Positions 1 to 10,504 of a stretch of DNA of 32,000 bases are shown in pieces (the first letter of the stretch is position 1; the number at the start of each line of letters is the position of its first letter). Made by a program: the position numbers and the translations under genes. The stretch comes from Prochlorococcus marinus subsp. pastoris str. CCMP1986 (lineage in GTDB: Bacteria; Cyanobacteriota; Cyanobacteriia; PCC-6307; Cyanobiaceae). Below the pieces are notes generated by a model. That model was not told where the DNA came from and did no database searches. It saw nothing but the letters and a program-made list of their open reading frames with translations. The stretch spans positions 300,001-332,000 of the forward strand of contig NC_005072.1 of NCBI RefSeq assembly GCF_000011465.1, given 5' to 3'.

Positions 1-250
1 CAAGATCTCCTGGTTTGAAATTATAATCATACTTTCCTAATAATGATGCAAACTCTTCTTGAGTAAATCCTGCTGTATCCAAATCATTATTTCGTCTGCT
101 TGAAGAAGAATCTGCAGAGGGAATATCTTTATGGTCAAATGATAAATCTTCCTCTTTTGGAGTATCTGAAGTATTTTCTTCTATGGTTGAATTTTCAATT
201 TCTTTTTCGTCTGAAATTTCTTTTACGATTTGGGAAGGATTTTCGATCAT
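1..250 (-). CDS. rpsA: 30S ribosomal protein S1, N-terminal part (runs off the window edge)
   Basis: Reverse-strand reading from ATG at 250: MIENPSQIVKEISDEKEIENS...DTAGFTQEEFASLLGKYDYNFKPGDL, matching cyanobacterial S1 N-termini (FTxxEFxxLLxxYDYxxxPGD). Not in the supplied ORF track. Confidence 0.85.
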   Translation of the reverse strand, partial: MIENPSQIVKEISDEKEIENSTIEENTSDTPKEEDLSFDHKDIPSADSSSSRRNNDLDTAGFTQEEFASLLGKYDYNFKPGDL

Positions 251-357
251 TTGTTAAAACGCAGACCACCTAAGATGGTTAGAAAGAAATGCTTTTAGCC
301 TGCAAACTAAAGAGCAAATTATTTGTACGTTATATTCTACACTTTAGAAGGCTAAAT

Positions 358-837
358 TTATAAAATTGAAGCTAATTCATTTTTTGAACTACCTTTTAGG
401 GACTCAAGAGTGGAGACAAAGTCTTTTACCCCATTAAATTTCCTATAGACTGATGCATATCTTATATATGCAACTTCGTTTTCTTTCCTTAAGCCTTTAA
501 GAATTAATTCTCCAATTTGAGAAGATTTAATATCTTTATTTGAGTCTTGTACGATTTGCGATTCAATTGAGTCAACAAAATTAATAATCGATTCTCTCGA
601 AAATGTTGTTTTTTCGCATGCTCTAGATATTCCAGTAACTAATTTATCTTTATTAAATAATTCTCTGCTCCCATCTTTTTTAATAACAGAAATTGGCATT
701 GTTTCAACTCTTTCATATGTGGTAAATCTAAAGCTGCAATTTAAACACTCTCTTCTTCTTCTGACACTTTTCCCAGTATCAGCAGATCTTGACTCTAAAA
801 CTCTGCTATCTGTATTTTGACAGGTGGGACACTGCAT
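358..837 (-). CDS. nrdR: Transcriptional repressor NrdR (159 aa). The track ORF extends to 999, but the family start is the Met at 837
   Basis: [45 protein letters not shown]: canonical NrdR zinc ribbon plus ATP-cone. Confidence 0.95.
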   Translation of the reverse strand: MQCPTCQNTDSRVLESRSADTGKSVRRRRECLNCSFRFTTYERVETMPISVIKKDGSRELFNKDKLVTGISRACEKTTFSRESIINFVDSIESQIVQDSNKDIKSSQIGELILKGLRKENEVAYIRYASVYRKFNGVKDFVSTLESLKGSSKNELASIL

Positions 838-899
838 ATAGTGAATTAATACTATCTTCAACTCTAATAGTAGATTAATATCACGATTATGAAAAGTGG

Positions 900-938
900 T
901 AAAAAAAACCCCCCTATTTATAGGAGGGTTTTTTTTTA
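900..938 (-). terminator. Rho-independent terminator downstream of psbB-psbT, near-symmetric
   Basis: aaaaaaaccccccctatttataggaggg followed by a T tract; imperfect inverted repeat with A/T flanks on both sides. Confidence 0.7.
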
Positions 939-940
939 CT

Positions 941-1039
941 TTATTTTCTGTCAAATTTAGGTGGATCTCTAAAAGCGACTGCAAAAAATAGAGTAACAAC
1001 TGCGAGAGTTAAGATAAGAACGTAAGCAAAAGCTTCCAT
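941..1039 (-). CDS. psbT: Photosystem II protein PsbT (32 aa)
   Basis: Reverse translation [32 protein letters not shown]. Matches PsbT and lies directly downstream of psbB; too short for the supplied track. Confidence 0.95.
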   Translation of the reverse strand: MEAFAYVLILTLAVVTLFFAVAFRDPPKFDRK

Positions 1040-1063
1040 GAGAAAAAAATAATAAAGTTTAAA

Positions 1064-2587
1064 TTAAACCCTTCCTGGGATTCGTCTAGTGGTTTCGTCT
1101 CCAAGTTTCTTAAAGAGACCAAATTCAACTTGATCACCTATCTCAGAGTCAATACCAGCAAAGGAGTCTTTGTAAAGTGTTCTCGAAGCATGCCACCAAT
1201 GACCAAATAAGAATAATAAGCCGAAACATAAATGTGCATAAGTAAACCAAGCTCTAGGGGAACTTCGGAATACACCATCAGATTTATAAGTTTCTCTATC
1301 AAACTTGAATGCTTCGCCAAGTTGTGCTTTCCTAGCTAATCTTTTAACTACAGCAGGATCTGTGAATGTTTGACCATTAAGATCACCTCCATAAATAGTC
1401 GCTGTGATGCCAGTTTGTTCAAATGAATACTTTGCTTCAGCCCTTCTAAATGGGATGTCAGCTCTCACATTCCCTTCCTTGTCTTCCAAAATAACAGGGA
1501 AGTTTTCAAAGAAGTTTGGAATTCTTCTAACTTCTAAATCATTGCCCTCTTTATCAGTAAAGGCAATATGACCTTGCCAGCCTGTTGGTAAACCATCTCC
1601 ATTTACAAGAGCACCAACCCTAAACAATCCTCCTTTAGCAGGGCTGTTCCCTACATAATCGTAGAATGCAAGCTTTTCTGGAATTGAAGCATATGCTTCT
1701 TCCTTAGTTGCTCCATTATCAATAGCTGTTTGAACTCTCCTGTTTATTTCAGTTTTGAAGTAACCTGAGTCCCATTGATATCTTGTTGGTCCAAACAATT
1801 CAATAGGAGTGGTGGCAGAGCCGTACCACATTGTTCCTGCGACAACAAAAGATACAAATAGAACAGCGGCAAGAGCACTAGCTAATACTCCTTCCAAACT
1901 TCCAAGCTTAAGGGCTCTATAAAGCCTTTCTCCAGGTCTATTTGTGATGTGAAATATTCCACCAATAATACCCAAAAGGCCAGCTGCAATATGATTTGCA
2001 ACTATTCCACCAGGATTAAAGGGATTAAATCCATCTGCTCCCCAAGATGGTGCTACCTGTTCGACATGACCAGTTAAACCATATGGATCTGAAATCCAAA
2101 TGCCGACATTCGCGCAATGAAAAGCTCCAAATCCAAAGCAAGTAATACCTGATAAGAGAAGATGAATCCCAAATATCCTTGGGAGATCAAGAGCAGGTTC
2201 TCCAGTTCTTTCATCTTCCCATAGATCTAAATCCCAATATGTCCAATGCCAGATTGAAGCAAGCATTAAAAGTCCACTAAAAACAATGTGAGCGGCTGCA
2301 ACACCTTCGAAGCTCCAGAATCCTGGATCAACCCCTGTAGCACCAGTTATATCCCATCCGTTCCAACTACTTGTGATCCCTAATCTCGCCATGAATGGCA
2401 TGACATACATTCCCTGTCTCCACATTGGATTGAGAACAGCGTCTGAAGGATCAAAAATGGCTAATTCATATAAAGCCATAGAACCGGCCCAGCCGGCTAA
2501 TAATGCAGTATGCATGAGATGCACAGCAAGTAGTCGACCGGGGTCGTTGATAACTACTGTGTGAACTCTATACCAAGGCAATCCCAT
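1064..2587 (-). CDS. psbB: Photosystem II chlorophyll-binding protein CP47
   Basis: [72 protein letters not shown]; 507 aa, diagnostic CP47 sequence. Confidence 0.99.
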   Translation of the reverse strand: MGLPWYRVHTVVINDPGRLLAVHLMHTALLAGWAGSMALYELAIFDPSDAVLNPMWRQGMYVMPFMARLGITSSWNGWDITGATGVDPGFWSFEGVAAAHIVFSGLLMLASIWHWTYWDLDLWEDERTGEPALDLPRIFGIHLLLSGITCFGFGAFHCANVGIWISDPYGLTGHVEQVAPSWGADGFNPFNPGGIVANHIAAGLLGIIGGIFHITNRPGERLYRALKLGSLEGVLASALAAVLFVSFVVAGTMWYGSATTPIELFGPTRYQWDSGYFKTEINRRVQTAIDNGATKEEAYASIPEKLAFYDYVGNSPAKGGLFRVGALVNGDGLPTGWQGHIAFTDKEGNDLEVRRIPNFFENFPVILEDKEGNVRADIPFRRAEAKYSFEQTGITATIYGGDLNGQTFTDPAVVKRLARKAQLGEAFKFDRETYKSDGVFRSSPRAWFTYAHLCFGLLFLFGHWWHASRTLYKDSFAGIDSEIGDQVEFGLFKKLGDETTRRIPGRV

Positions 2588-2811
2588 CGGTTAAATTCTT
2601 GTGACAATGCTGAATGAACAGCTAAACATCATGATAGTAAGGGTTTTTTGGGCGTTGAGAGAGTTTTGTAAATAAATTAATTTCCTTAGTAAAACTGGTC
2701 AGATTAACTTGTATCACTTTAGTTTGAGGGAATTTTTAGCAAAAATATGTTAATATTTTGGTCACAATTCTCAAAGTAAAGCGCCAAAATAGATAAAAAT
2801 AACAAAAAAAA

Positions 2812-3174
2812 ATGGCAATTATCAGATTCATCCGTGAAGGAATAGATATCGAATGCAAACCTGGAGAAAATTTGAGAGAGTTAGTAATCAGAGAGAAATT
2901 ACAACTTTATGGATTAAAGGGCATACTTGGAAATTGCGGCGGTGTTGGGCAATGCAGTACTTGTTTTGTTTCTGTTGAAGGGGGAGCGAAAAACTCGCTA
3001 AGTCCTCTAACTTCTGTCGAGGAAGAAAAACTCAATAACAGACCTGATAACTGGAGACTTGCCTGTCAAACTCTCATCAATTCATCAGCGGTAATACTTA
3101 CTAAGCCTCAATCTCCTCCATCAAATTTGAAAGATTTGAAAGAATCTGCTGAAAGCAAAAAATTACCTAGATAA
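2812..3174 (+). CDS. 2Fe-2S ferredoxin (adrenodoxin/plant-type fold)
   Basis: CGGVGQCSTCFVSV plus downstream LACQTLI gives the four cluster cysteines; divergent from psbB. Confidence 0.88.
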   Translation: MAIIRFIREGIDIECKPGENLRELVIREKLQLYGLKGILGNCGGVGQCSTCFVSVEGGAKNSLSPLTSVEEEKLNNRPDNWRLACQTLINSSAVILTKPQSPPSNLKDLKESAESKKLPR

Positions 3175-3279
3175 ATTGTTTAAGACTGTTAATGAGTTAG
3201 TCGACTTTTTGGTTTTTTTCACTTAAATCCTATTTGAATGTCTATAGTCTTATTATTATTATTAAATTTGTCTTTTTAA

Positions 3280-3432
3280 ATGGAAACAACAAATTTTGGT
3301 TTCGTAGCAAGTCTTCTATTTGTAGGAATACCAACTATTTTCCTTATTGGATTATTTATTTCAACCCAAGATGGAGAAAAATCAAGCTTTTATTCAGATT
3401 CTAGCAAAGGGAAACTTGGCCCAAAACGCTAA
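3280..3432 (+). CDS. psbM: Photosystem II protein PsbM (50 aa)
   Basis: METTNFGFVASLLFVGIPTIFLIGLFISTQDGEKSSFYSDSSKGKLGPKR*, characteristic PsbM. Not in the supplied track. Confidence 0.92.
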   Translation: METTNFGFVASLLFVGIPTIFLIGLFISTQDGEKSSFYSDSSKGKLGPKR

Positions 3433-3444
3433 ATTAACCGTTTA

Positions 3445-4314
3445 ATGTTTCTTATTTCTGCTGAAAAATTTTCATTGTGGAAAAAAAAACAATTATCAAA
3501 AGGAGGGGATAACCATTCTCTTAATCTTTTGCTTGAATCATTAGGTGGATTATCAAATATAGAATTAAATTTACTTAAAATAAATTTAGAAAAAAATTTA
3601 AATTTTAAAGTAAATTTAGATTTGATTGAGTCTTTTTGGGATAAACACCTTAATACCTCTATACCTATACAATATTTAAGTGGAATCTCTTTTTGGAGGA
3701 ATCTAAAATTAGAAGTTTCAAATAGAGTTCTTATCCCGCGACCTGAGACAGAACTTATTATTGATATTATTTCGGGCATATTCAAAAATAAGGAAGAAAA
3801 AATAACCTTTGTAGATCTAGGAACTGGTTCGGGTGCGATTAGCATAGCTTTAGCACTTGAGAATCCAAACTGGAATGGAATTGCAACTGATATAGATAAA
3901 AATGCTATTAAAATTGCATCGAGGAATTTTGCAACTTATTCTAATCAATCAAATTTGAAATTTTATAATGGAAATTGGTGGGATCCTCTTAAAAATTTCA
4001 AAGGTGAAATTGATTTTGCGGTATCAAATCCTCCATATATTCCGCAAGATACTTATGAAGTCTTACCAATAGAGGTAAAGAATTTTGAACCTAAACTTGC
4101 TCTTTTGGGAGGGCAAGAAGGTCTAGATCATATCAATCAAATAGTTCAAAATGCGCCCCTATATTTAAAAAATAAAGGGTGGTTATTGATTGAGAATCAT
4201 TTTGATCAAGGTGAGAAAGTTAAAAAATTATTTCTTGAAAATAGATTTACTTCTGTAAAAGTTTTAAAAGATTTTTCTGGGATTGGAAGATTTACAATAG
4301 GAAGATATAAATAA
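3445..4314 (+). CDS. prmC: Peptide chain release factor N5-glutamine methyltransferase
   Basis: VLIPRPETELI, FVDLGTGSGAISIALA, VSNPPYIP: HemK/PrmC motifs including the catalytic NPPY. Confidence 0.95.
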   Translation: MFLISAEKFSLWKKKQLSKGGDNHSLNLLLESLGGLSNIELNLLKINLEKNLNFKVNLDLIESFWDKHLNTSIPIQYLSGISFWRNLKLEVSNRVLIPRPETELIIDIISGIFKNKEEKITFVDLGTGSGAISIALALENPNWNGIATDIDKNAIKIASRNFATYSNQSNLKFYNGNWWDPLKNFKGEIDFAVSNPPYIPQDTYEVLPIEVKNFEPKLALLGGQEGLDHINQIVQNAPLYLKNKGWLLIENHFDQGEKVKKLFLENRFTSVKVLKDFSGIGRFTIGRYK

Positions 4315-4334
4315 ATTATTAGTTAATAAAATTA

Positions 4335-4919
4335 ATGAATGTCATAGATCAAAAATTAGCTTTAGAAAAACTAAATAGTGGATCCCCTATAGTTTTTCAG
4401 ACAGATACTTTACCTGCGATTGGATGCTTACCAAAGTTTTCAGAAATGATTTATAAGATAAAGAAAAGAGATATTAAAAAACCTTTAATTTTAATGGGAG
4501 CTGAAAATTTTGAATTTGATGATTTTGTTCATGAATCGGCATTAGGGGATTTCAAATATATTGCTTCTTGTTATTGGCCAGGACCCTTAACAATCATTAT
4601 TCCGTGCTCTGAAAAAAGAAGATCATTTTCATCCACCAGTAATTTTACATTAGGTTTGCGAATACCAAATTCAAAAATGGCTAAATTACTCTTAAAGGAA
4701 AGTGGACCACTACTAACATCAAGTGCAAATCTATCAGGCTTGCCTACTGCTACAAGCGCAAAAGAAATTTCAGTTAATTTGCCTAATGTAAATATTTTAG
4801 GACCAATTCCCTGGGAAAAATGTAGTGGTAAGGCGAGTACAATAATTACTTGGGTGAATCATGGTAAATGGAAAATAATAAGAGAAGGAGAAGTTTCAAT
4901 CCCAGGTATAAAATTATGA
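4335..4919 (+). CDS. tsaC: YrdC/Sua5-family threonylcarbamoyl-AMP synthase
   Basis: PIVFQTDTLPAIGCLP, YWPGPLTIIIP, TSSANLSGLPTA: YrdC-domain motifs. Confidence 0.9.
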   Translation: MNVIDQKLALEKLNSGSPIVFQTDTLPAIGCLPKFSEMIYKIKKRDIKKPLILMGAENFEFDDFVHESALGDFKYIASCYWPGPLTIIIPCSEKRRSFSSTSNFTLGLRIPNSKMAKLLLKESGPLLTSSANLSGLPTATSAKEISVNLPNVNILGPIPWEKCSGKASTIITWVNHGKWKIIREGEVSIPGIKL

Positions 4920-5092
4920 TTCTTCTTATGTTTTTTATTTCTCTAATACAAATTTTTTCTTACTGGATTTTTGAACCTTTAACATTTTTTTTAACTGATT
5001 TATTTCAGATAAAGTTTTTACCAATTTTTCTTTTATCCCTTTTTACTTTTCTATTTTGGACAAAAAAAGAGGAATCAAATATAGAACTTTGA
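4916..5092 (+). CDS. Small hydrophobic membrane protein (58 aa), likely translationally coupled to tsaC
   Basis: The track gives 4868..5092, but an ATG at 4916 overlaps the tsaC TGA as ATGA. Product MILLMFFISLIQIFSYWIFEPLTFFLTDLFQIKFLPIFLLSLFTFLFWTKKEESNIEL. Confidence 0.6.
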   Translation: MILLMFFISLIQIFSYWIFEPLTFFLTDLFQIKFLPIFLLSLFTFLFWTKKEESNIEL

Positions 5093-5095
5093 AAA

Positions 5096-5167
5096 TGCCG
5101 GCTAACAGATTTGAACTGATGACCTTCGCTTTACAAAAGCGCTGCTCTACCGCTGAGCTAAGCCGGC
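5096..5167 (-). tRNA. tRNA-Thr(UGU)
   Basis: Reverse complement GCCGGCTTAGCTCAGCGGTAGAGCAGCGCTTTTGTAAAGCG...GGTTCAAATC-type T arm...AGCCGGCA; folds with anticodon TGT and a 7-bp acceptor stem. Confidence 0.95.
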
Positions 5168-5232
5168 ATAAATTTCATTTTACATACAACTAGGTGGTAT
5201 TTGATAATTTATTAATTTTGATTTTAAAACGT

Positions 5233-5553
5233 TTATTTCTTTTTCTGTGTGTCTTCATTTTTTTTAAATTCAATTTCTCCAGTAAGGGTTCTTTTTATAG
5301 GAAGATTCGCAACTAATGCTGTCATTCTATCTTCGGTTTCTAGACTTACAGCTACTTCCTCAAAATCAATCTCAACATATTTAGCAACCACATCAAGTAT
5401 TTCTTTTCTCATTTTATCCAAAAGATCAGTTGTCAATGAACTCATGTCAACTCTGTCATGAGCTAATACTAATTGCAATCTTTCTCTAGCAGTATTGGCA
5501 CTAGCCGTTTCTCTGCCTAGTAATTTGTTTATTAGGTCTCTGAGAGTCATCAT
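5233..5553 (-). CDS. minE: Cell division topological specificity factor MinE
   Basis: [15 protein letters not shown]...[13 protein letters not shown], a MinE signature, directly after minD. Confidence 0.97.
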   Translation of the reverse strand: MMTLRDLINKLLGRETASANTARERLQLVLAHDRVDMSSLTTDLLDKMRKEILDVVAKYVEIDFEEVAVSLETEDRMTALVANLPIKRTLTGEIEFKKNEDTQKKK

Positions 5554-5555
5554 TT

Positions 5556-6371
5556 TTAAAAAATCTTTGTTTGCATTAATCTCATGAATTTATCTTTAAG
5601 GCTTTTCCCTTCATTCTTTGGATCGATAATTGGAATATCTTTTCCTGTAAGCCTTTGAGATACATTTAAATAGCATTTTTTAGCAGGAGATTTACTATCA
5701 GAAAGAGTAAGGGGTTCCCCTCTGTTTGTACTTATTATTACTTGTTCATCCTCTAAAACAATACCCAGCAATGGTAATGAAAGGATACTTTGAACATCTT
5801 CTATCGAAAGCATTTCTTGATTAGCCATCATATTAGGGCGAACTCTATTAATTACTAACTGTATTGGCTTTATATCAGAAGTATTTAAAATTCCTATAAC
5901 TCTATCTGCATCACGAACTGCAGATAATTCAGGATTTGTAACCACTATGGCTTCTTTGCATGCTGAAAGAGCATTTTTAAAACCATCTTCAACTCCTGCA
6001 GGACAATCTACTAAAACGTAATCAAACTTTTCACTAAGTAATTTACTGATTTGTTTCATATCTTCAGGTTTCATCCAGTCAAGCATCCTAGGATCACCAG
6101 CTGGTAATAGAGCTAAATTCGGCTCCTTTTTGTGTTTAACTAATGCTTGATCAAGACGACAATTCTTGTCTAAAACATCTTGAGCTGTATAAATAATACG
6201 ATTCTCCAAACCTAAAAGAAGATCTAAATTCCTCAATCCAAAATCAGCATCTAACACGGCTGTTGTAGCTCCACTATTTGCTAGGGCAATACCAAGGTTT
6301 GCCGTTAGGGTGGTTTTACCAACCCCACCTTTACCGGAACAGATCAAAATAGTGCGAGTATTTTTCGACAC
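5556..6371 (-). CDS. minD: Septum site-determining ATPase MinD
   Basis: [22 protein letters not shown] (deviant Walker A), [20 protein letters not shown]. Confidence 0.98.
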   Translation of the reverse strand: MSKNTRTILICSGKGGVGKTTLTANLGIALANSGATTAVLDADFGLRNLDLLLGLENRIIYTAQDVLDKNCRLDQALVKHKKEPNLALLPAGDPRMLDWMKPEDMKQISKLLSEKFDYVLVDCPAGVEDGFKNALSACKEAIVVTNPELSAVRDADRVIGILNTSDIKPIQLVINRVRPNMMANQEMLSIEDVQSILSLPLLGIVLEDEQVIISTNRGEPLTLSDSKSPAKKCYLNVSQRLTGKDIPIIDPKNEGKSLKDKFMRLMQTKIF

Positions 6372-6488
6372 AGAAAATGAATAATTTCATAAATAATAAG
6401 CTAGTTTTAAAAAATTGAAATTTTGTAAAAGTTAAGTAATTCTTAAATTTATTACTTATAAATAAATTTATTTCAAAATATTTATTTA

Positions 6489-7151
6489 CTACAAGTTTTG
6501 ATTTAAAAAATAAGGTTTGATAATTATTTTATTGTCTTCCAAAATTGCAATTTCGGGATGTTGACCCTTAGGCTTCTCTTTTGGGCCTATAGCTACAATT
6601 TCGCAGATTCTTAGTTGTAGAGGGTTTAGATAAAGCGAGGCAACAGAAGCATTTTTATTTCCATTTTTTCCGGCGAAAGCAATACCAAATAATTTTCCCC
6701 ATACATAAACGTTATTATTTGCGGAAATAATAGCTCCTGGATTTACGTCACCAATAATAAAAAGATCACCATTTGAAGATATTCGATCCCCTGATCTAAC
6801 CGTGCCTTTGTGAAGTATGTCCTTTTTTAGATATGAAGGATCTAGTGGTAATTGATTTTCAAGGTCTTTGATTTTTAAAAACGTTGAGTTGATTTTTAAA
6901 GACTTTCCACTTAAGACTGTTTCTCTATTATTTGAATAAATATTTGAAAGCTTAATAAAATGTTTTTCAAGGATAAGTTTTAATTTTGCTAATTCGTATG
7001 AATTAATTTTTTCATTTTCTGTAATTAGATTTGCTGCAGCTGGGGCTTCTTTAGTAATTAATTTGTCGAAAAAATTTTGATCAATCTCAAAATTTTTGAA
7101 AGAAAATGATTTTATAAATTCATTAGCAATACCTCTTAAAATTAATTTCAT
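6489..7151 (-). CDS. minC: Septum site-determining protein MinC
   Basis: C-terminal HKGTVRSGDRISSNGDLFIIGDVNPGAIISANNNVYVWGKLFGIAFAG, the MinC beta-helix consensus; upstream of minD. Confidence 0.92.
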   Translation of the reverse strand: MKLILRGIANEFIKSFSFKNFEIDQNFFDKLITKEAPAAANLITENEKINSYELAKLKLILEKHFIKLSNIYSNNRETVLSGKSLKINSTFLKIKDLENQLPLDPSYLKKDILHKGTVRSGDRISSNGDLFIIGDVNPGAIISANNNVYVWGKLFGIAFAGKNGNKNASVASLYLNPLQLRICEIVAIGPKEKPKGQHPEIAILEDNKIIIKPYFLNQNL

Positions 7152-8411
7152 TTATACGTTAGCTCTTTCTATTGCAATCTGATCCTCTATCTCTTTTCTA
7201 AACTCTCCTGGATAAATAATTAGTGAAGTATCCTTTGAAGACATTAGTGTATTTATTAAATCTGATTGATTTTCCAATAGGTTCTGATATGTACCATCCC
7301 ATATTTTTAGAGAATTATCAGACTTAAAACCTTTAAAAGATCTTTCTTTAATTCCGCAAAATATCTCTGAATCATAATTATTTAATTTACATTTTTTTCT
7401 GGCAAAAGCTAAGATTTCTAATCTTTTTAATTTTGTGAGAAAACTTATATCTGATGCTTTTAGTAATTTTCTATCAATAAACATCTTACAAAGAGTCTTT
7501 AAAGGTTCAAAAGATTCTTCTTTCCATTTCATTAAATGGAAATAAAATACAATATCATCATTCGCAAGGAAGTCCTTAACCTCAAGTTGGTTAGGAAAAA
7601 ATATCCATCTGCGCATGCTTTCATCTATCCATAAGTCCTTTTTTACGGAATCTTTTTTGATAATTTGAATAATTTTTTCTAAAATCCAAGTAGAAATTTC
7701 ATTGATTCTGTGGTTATAAATAGTTCTATACATCATGTTCCTTAGAACTAAAAAATGTTCTATAGCTATTACTCCTTTTGGTTTGATTGCGATATTCCCA
7801 TCAGGAGAAAAAGTAAGAGCTGAAATAATTCTTTCTAAGTCTACTAATCCATATTTTGTTCCAGTGTTATAACTATCACGAAGCAAATAATCAAGTCGAT
7901 CACAATCTATTTCACTACTAATTAATGTTTTTAAAGGTCTTGAGAATAGGTTTTTAGTTTTAAATAAGTCTCCAATTTGATTAGGTAATTCGGTTCCGAA
8001 ATTCTTAAGAATTGAAGATATAGGTGAATAATTCTTAACTAAATTTTTAGACCATAACTCATGATCATGAGCAAATATAACCTCACTTGTATGACTTAAG
8101 GGACCATGGCCTAAATCATGCAAAAGAGCAGCACCAAAAAGTATGAATTTATTTTGGCTAAAATCAGGATTTATTTCTACTAGTTTTCTATAAATCTTTC
8201 TCGCGACGCAAAATACACCAATTGAGTGTGTGAATCTGCTTGATTCTGCTCCGTGAAAAAGAAGAGAGGCTGCACCTAATTGTTTTATCCTTCTCAATCT
8301 CTGAAATGCCAAAGTATCAATTAGCTGCATAATCATTAATTCTTCTGGTTTGTCTGAATCAATGATTATTTCTTTATGAATTGGATCATGAAAAATTCTT
8401 TTATTGTTCAT
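7152..8411 (-). CDS. HD-superfamily phosphohydrolase (dNTPase-like)
   Basis: RRIKQLGAASLLFHGAESSRFTHSIGV...LFGAALLHDLGHGPLSHTSE...EIDCDRLDYLLRDS: HD motif set. Stop codon abuts the minC start. Confidence 0.9.
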   Translation of the reverse strand: MNNKRIFHDPIHKEIIIDSDKPEELMIMQLIDTLAFQRLRRIKQLGAASLLFHGAESSRFTHSIGVFCVARKIYRKLVEINPDFSQNKFILFGAALLHDLGHGPLSHTSEVIFAHDHELWSKNLVKNYSPISSILKNFGTELPNQIGDLFKTKNLFSRPLKTLISSEIDCDRLDYLLRDSYNTGTKYGLVDLERIISALTFSPDGNIAIKPKGVIAIEHFLVLRNMMYRTIYNHRINEISTWILEKIIQIIKKDSVKKDLWIDESMRRWIFFPNQLEVKDFLANDDIVFYFHLMKWKEESFEPLKTLCKMFIDRKLLKASDISFLTKLKRLEILAFARKKCKLNNYDSEIFCGIKERSFKGFKSDNSLKIWDGTYQNLLENQSDLINTLMSSKDTSLIIYPGEFRKEIEDQIAIERANV

Positions 8412-8445
8412 AAAATAAAAAATTATCTATTAAAAAAATCTTTTT

Positions 8446-9735
8446 TTAATTTTCAATGTCTTTGTTTTCTAGTTCATTTACTTTATCTTCGACATCATTT
8501 TCATCAAATAAAGCGTTTAGGAATATCTCTGCATTTTTTACCCATTTATCCTCAGAATTGCCGTATTCCCTAGCCTCGGGTAGGCCTAAAATTTTATCAG
8601 GAGTTATACCCTTACCCTGAATATTATTACCCTGAGGTGTTAAATAACTGGCAACAGTAATAGCGATACCACTGTCTTCACCTAAACTTTTCAAAGACTG
8701 AATAAGTCCTTTCCCATAAGTTTGTTCACCCATTAAAGTTGATCTATTATTATCTTGCAGGGATCCTGCCAGGATTTCACTTGCGCTTGCAGTACCTTTG
8801 TTTACTAAAGTCACCATCGGACCCTCAAAAGAAGTATTTTTCTGAGAAATTATTGCATCCTTAATGCCATTTCTATCTTTTGTTTCTACAATTGGTTTTT
8901 CGCTTAGAAATGAGTCTGCAACTGCAATTCCAGAACTTACTAACCCGCCAGAGTTATTCCTTAAATCAAGTATTACCCCCTCAACTTCCTTATCTTTGAG
9001 TTCCTGCAGAGCCTCTTCAATTTTTTTTGGAACACTTTCACTAAACTGAGTTATTCTTAAATATCCAATTGTATGAGAGTCATCTCTCAATCTCTTTGTT
9101 CTTACTGGTCTAAGATCAACTGATCTTCTTTCTAAATCAATTTCTTTAGTCTCATCAGAGATAGATTTAATTTGAACAAGAACCTTTGTTCCAGATTCTC
9201 CTCTAAGTTTTGATGCAGTATTTGCCAAACCTAACTCGGAACAAGATATTCCATCAACCTTAACTATTTGATCTCCACTAATTATCCCTGCTTCTTCGGC
9301 TGGAGATCCCGCTAATGTCGAAATAACGTTGATTTCTTTAGTTATTTCATCTTCTCCTAATTGAAGTCCTACTCCATTTATTTCGCTTCCAAAATTGCTT
9401 GTTTTGAGAAGTTCATAATCTTTTGGCTTTAATATTCTTGTAAAAGGATCTTCAAGAGGTTTCAACATATCTTCAATTGCGGAATAAGCCTCTTCACTTG
9501 TTTCAATTTGTTTCTGTAATGTTTTTTGTCTAATCCTTTTCCACTGGAGTTCATCAAGCCTTTCTGGATCATAATATCCCTCATTTACTAACGTCCAAGC
9601 GTCAAGCACAAATTGCTTGCTATCACTAAGCGCATCGGCGCTTGGAATATAAAAAAAATTGGTAGAAAAAATACAGATCATTATGATTATGATCCATTTT
9701 TTGAATATTAAAAATTTGTTAAAAGATGAATTCAT
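8446..9735 (-). CDS. ctpA: Exported C-terminal processing (S41/PDZ) peptidase, D1-processing family
   Basis: N-terminal signal-like segment, PDZ region (GVGLQLGEDE...AGSPAEEAGIISGDQIVKVDG), and Ser/Lys motif KGTASASEILAGSLQDNNRSTLMGEQTYGKGLIQS. An internal Met at 9735 is preferred over the track start at 9756. Paralogue letter uncertain. Confidence 0.85.
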   Translation of the reverse strand: MNSSFNKFLIFKKWIIIIMICIFSTNFFYIPSADALSDSKQFVLDAWTLVNEGYYDPERLDELQWKRIRQKTLQKQIETSEEAYSAIEDMLKPLEDPFTRILKPKDYELLKTSNFGSEINGVGLQLGEDEITKEINVISTLAGSPAEEAGIISGDQIVKVDGISCSELGLANTASKLRGESGTKVLVQIKSISDETKEIDLERRSVDLRPVRTKRLRDDSHTIGYLRITQFSESVPKKIEEALQELKDKEVEGVILDLRNNSGGLVSSGIAVADSFLSEKPIVETKDRNGIKDAIISQKNTSFEGPMVTLVNKGTASASEILAGSLQDNNRSTLMGEQTYGKGLIQSLKSLGEDSGIAITVASYLTPQGNNIQGKGITPDKILGLPEAREYGNSEDKWVKNAEIFLNALFDENDVEDKVNELENKDIEN

Positions 9736-9805
9736 TGGGTTAAGTGTTAACACCAAGTAAGTGAATTTTAAGTAAGCTTTCCATATAAAAGCTATTTTTT
9801 TTTGG

Positions 9806-10462
9806 ATGTCTGATTCCTCTTCTGTTTATGACTGGTTTCAAGAGAGACTTGAAATTCAAGACATAACTGACGACGTAACTTCCAAGTACGTACCCCCTCA
9901 CGTAAATATATTTTACTGTTTAGGAGGCATAACTTTAGTATGCTTCTTAATTCAATTTGCAACAGGTTTTGCAATGACTTTTTATTATAAGCCGACTGTT
10001 ACCCAAGCTTATAATTCTGTTAGCTACTTAATGACTGATGTAAGTTTTGGTTGGTTAATTAGATCTGTCCATAGATGGAGTGCTTCTATGATGGTATTAA
10101 TGTTAATTCTTCATGTATTTAGGGTATATCTTACTGGAGGATTTAAAAGACCAAGAGAATTAACATGGGTAACGGGGGTTGTTATGGCAGTTATAACAGT
10201 TGCTTTCGGAGTTACAGGTTATTCACTTCCATGGGACCAGGTTGGATACTGGGCAGTTAAAATAGTTTCAGGTGTTCCTGCAGCAATACCTATCATTGGT
10301 GATTTTATGGTTGAACTTCTTCGAGGAGGAGAAAGTGTTGGTCAATCTACTTTGACTAGATTTTATAGCCTCCATACTTTTGTTCTACCTTGGTCTTTAG
10401 CAGTATTTATGTTGATGCATTTTCTAATGATTCGTAAACAAGGTATTTCAGGTCCGTTATAA
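9806..10462 (+). CDS. petB: Cytochrome b6
   Basis: [55 protein letters not shown]. Confidence 0.99.
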   Translation: MSDSSSVYDWFQERLEIQDITDDVTSKYVPPHVNIFYCLGGITLVCFLIQFATGFAMTFYYKPTVTQAYNSVSYLMTDVSFGWLIRSVHRWSASMMVLMLILHVFRVYLTGGFKRPRELTWVTGVVMAVITVAFGVTGYSLPWDQVGYWAVKIVSGVPAAIPIIGDFMVELLRGGESVGQSTLTRFYSLHTFVLPWSLAVFMLMHFLMIRKQGISGPL

Positions 10463-10504
10463 ACCCTTATAATTTAAAAAACTAAACATTCTGAATTATT
10501 TTAT

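Noticed and set aside
1138-1320. Minus-strand ORF inside psbB in another frame
   Set aside because: Fully nested in CP47 coding sequence with no independent support.
2373-2564. Plus-strand ORF antisense to psbB
   Set aside because: Shadow ORF of a highly conserved photosystem gene; no domain or start context.
3429-3845. Minus-strand ORF antisense to prmC
   Set aside because: Opposes a clear methyltransferase gene; composition is typical of a shadow frame.
5249-5461. Plus-strand ORF antisense to minE
   Set aside because: Shadow of minE.
8376-8573. Minus-strand ORF between the HD gene and ctpA, overlapping both
   Set aside because: Overlaps the ctpA C-terminus and the HD start; no independent evidence.
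8864-9049. Plus-strand ORF antisense to ctpA
   Set aside because: Nested in the protease gene; low-complexity Ser-rich shadow.
9792-9974. Minus-strand ORF antisense to the petB start
   Set aside because: Overlaps the conserved petB N-terminus.
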